Source of the DNA: Lama glama | Lineage: Eukaryota | DNA: 64,000 bases | Direction of reading: 5' to 3' | NCBI GenBank assembly: GCA_028534125.1 | Contig: CM052818.1 | Location: forward strand, 44,146,001-44,210,000 | Shown here: positions 62,620 to 64,000 of the stretch, piece by piece | Layout of the letters: each line of letters opens with the position of its first letter | Numbering within the stretch: position 1 is the stretch's first letter | Notes under the pieces: generated by a model | Databases searched by the model: none | What the model was told of the DNA's origin: nothing | The model's input: only the letters and a program-made list of their open reading frames with translations | Made by a program: the position numbers and the translations under genes

Positions 62620-64000
62620 GATGCTGAGGAAAAACCTCAGAAGCCAACTGCCAATGGAACCAGAATCCAGAGATCAGAGCTAAAGCATCATGTGTCTTGG
62701 GGGCATCTGTGATCTTCTGTGAAAGAGCACATCCATCAAGGAAATAGAAGGCAGTGCCCAGGGCCTGCACAAGGAAAGTAGCTGGATGGGAAACTCCTGT
62801 AAAAGCCAGGATGACCAAGAACTTTATCCTTAATCAAAAAAAAAAAATTGCAGTAGAAAAAATACTCCAAGAAAGAAAGTACAAAGAAACCTGTCTATTC
62901 ACCTTTAGCTTTGAATGCTGTGAGGAGTAAGGGTGATACTCCCAGAGAATTACTAACCATCAGTTGGACCTCAGGTATCTTCATGGTCTGAAATATCAGT
63001 GTGTTCCTAAGAGTTCCAAGCCAAGAGTTTTGTATGATTATTGTAGCTAGTTTTCTCAGGTGCCCAGCAGAGGCAAAAGCGGGTATTCTCTGGAATAATT
63101 TTGGAACTCAAGTCATAATTTGGGCTTCAAATGATTTGAATGGACCACATTTCAGGAAACACTGAAACAGTAGGAACAAAACAGGCACTCACAAGGGAAC
63201 CGGGCACCATAATGAGTGTCAGCCAAAGCAGCAAACAGTACGTTAAATTCTGCAAAGAATTCAGGCACTAAAATTCACATGAGTATTGTTGATTGAAAAA
63301 AAAACAATTGCACAACATAAGAGTTGTGAGTTAAGTTTTATTTGGGGCAAAATGAGAATAATAGCCCAAGGAACAGCCTGTCAGACAACTCTGGGGAATA
63401 GCTTCGAAGGGGCAAGGAGGGGAGTGAGAACTATATATGACTTTAGAGAAAGGGGGCACATGCAGCCAAGCACACACACATTTTGGCGAAGGCTTGCTGC
63501 TCGTCACGAGGAGCGGATGTCTCGGTTAATGAATTTAACGCTTTTCTAGATACGAGAAGATGCAAGAGTTTGGGCCAAAAAAATCTCCTGAAAATATCTA
63601 AGTATCTGAAGGCCTGTTCTGCCAGTTTTTCCTTGAGCACAGAGTGCCTTGTTGCTGATCTCCACCCTGAACTCCTTTCAGGATGTATTGAAGGGCAGCA
63701 AAAGCAGCGGCGCATGACTTCCTCCTTGTAGAGGCAGCCAGCGAGTACCAGTGTTTAGCTGGCAGAATAAATGTTTACATTTACTGCATTGCATATTGCA
63801 TTGTATATGCTGAAATAAAAGAAGAAATCAAAAGAAAGATTACGAGATCATTAAAAAAACGACCAGGTAGATTTGAAAAATAACCAAATAAATGTTCTAG
63901 AAATTGACACTACAATAATTCAAAGTGAGTTGACCATTGGATCAAACAAGCTGAAGACTGATCTGAATTCTCCACTATGCAATACAGCAAGACAAAGGGT
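62620..64000 (+). mobile_element. Ancient L1 5' UTR/ORF1 start, interrupted by an ERV1 LTR
   Basis: After the LTR: 'gaccaggtagatttgaaaaataaccaaataaatgttctagaaattga...acaagctgaaga'; before it: 'cataatgagtgtcagccaaagcagcaaacag...gcaaagaattcag'. Confidence 0.55.
63287..63764 (-). mobile_element. ERV1-type solo LTR (possibly MER41-related, cetartiodactyl)
   Basis: TG...CA ends (tgttgattgaa ... ttagctggca); minus-strand AATAAA ('ttttatt', about 63336-63342) near its 3' end; flanks gtat/gaat form a candidate 4-bp TSD; several CpGs retained. Confidence 0.75.

Noticed and set aside
1..64000. All ORFs in the six-frame track (60-163 aa)
   Set aside because: None resembles a protein I recognise. Many overlap on opposite strands or lie inside repeats, and I found no consistent exon chain.

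Overview
This is mammalian, gene-poor (intergenic or deep-intronic) DNA. It is very likely from a camelid or another cetartiodactyl. The youngest repeats are 3'-terminal L1 fragments of cetartiodactyl type (1-75, 2019-2275, 28150-28215, 35226-35373), and I saw no Alu, B1, Bov-tA, PRE1 or CanSINE elements. I can support no protein-coding exon, RNA gene, CpG island or CRISPR array. The ORF track is chance ORFs or translated repeats. Much of the window is ancient transposon debris: L1M, L2, MIR, MLT1/MLT2 LTRs, and hAT and Tigger MITEs, several of them nested. Unique stretches between them carry clusters of AP-1/NF-E2, GATA, ETS, RUNX and CTCF-like motifs that look like distal enhancers. I did not find a new biological system. 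The best second-look items are an LTR-like insertion I cannot classify (3854-4469), a dense palindrome cluster at 33121-33157, an L1 with almost all of ORF2 removed at a microhomology (25055-25060), and two hairpins (41626-41660, 53492-53592). Repeat family names come from my recall of consensus sequences, not from a search, and most repeat boundaries are approximate.
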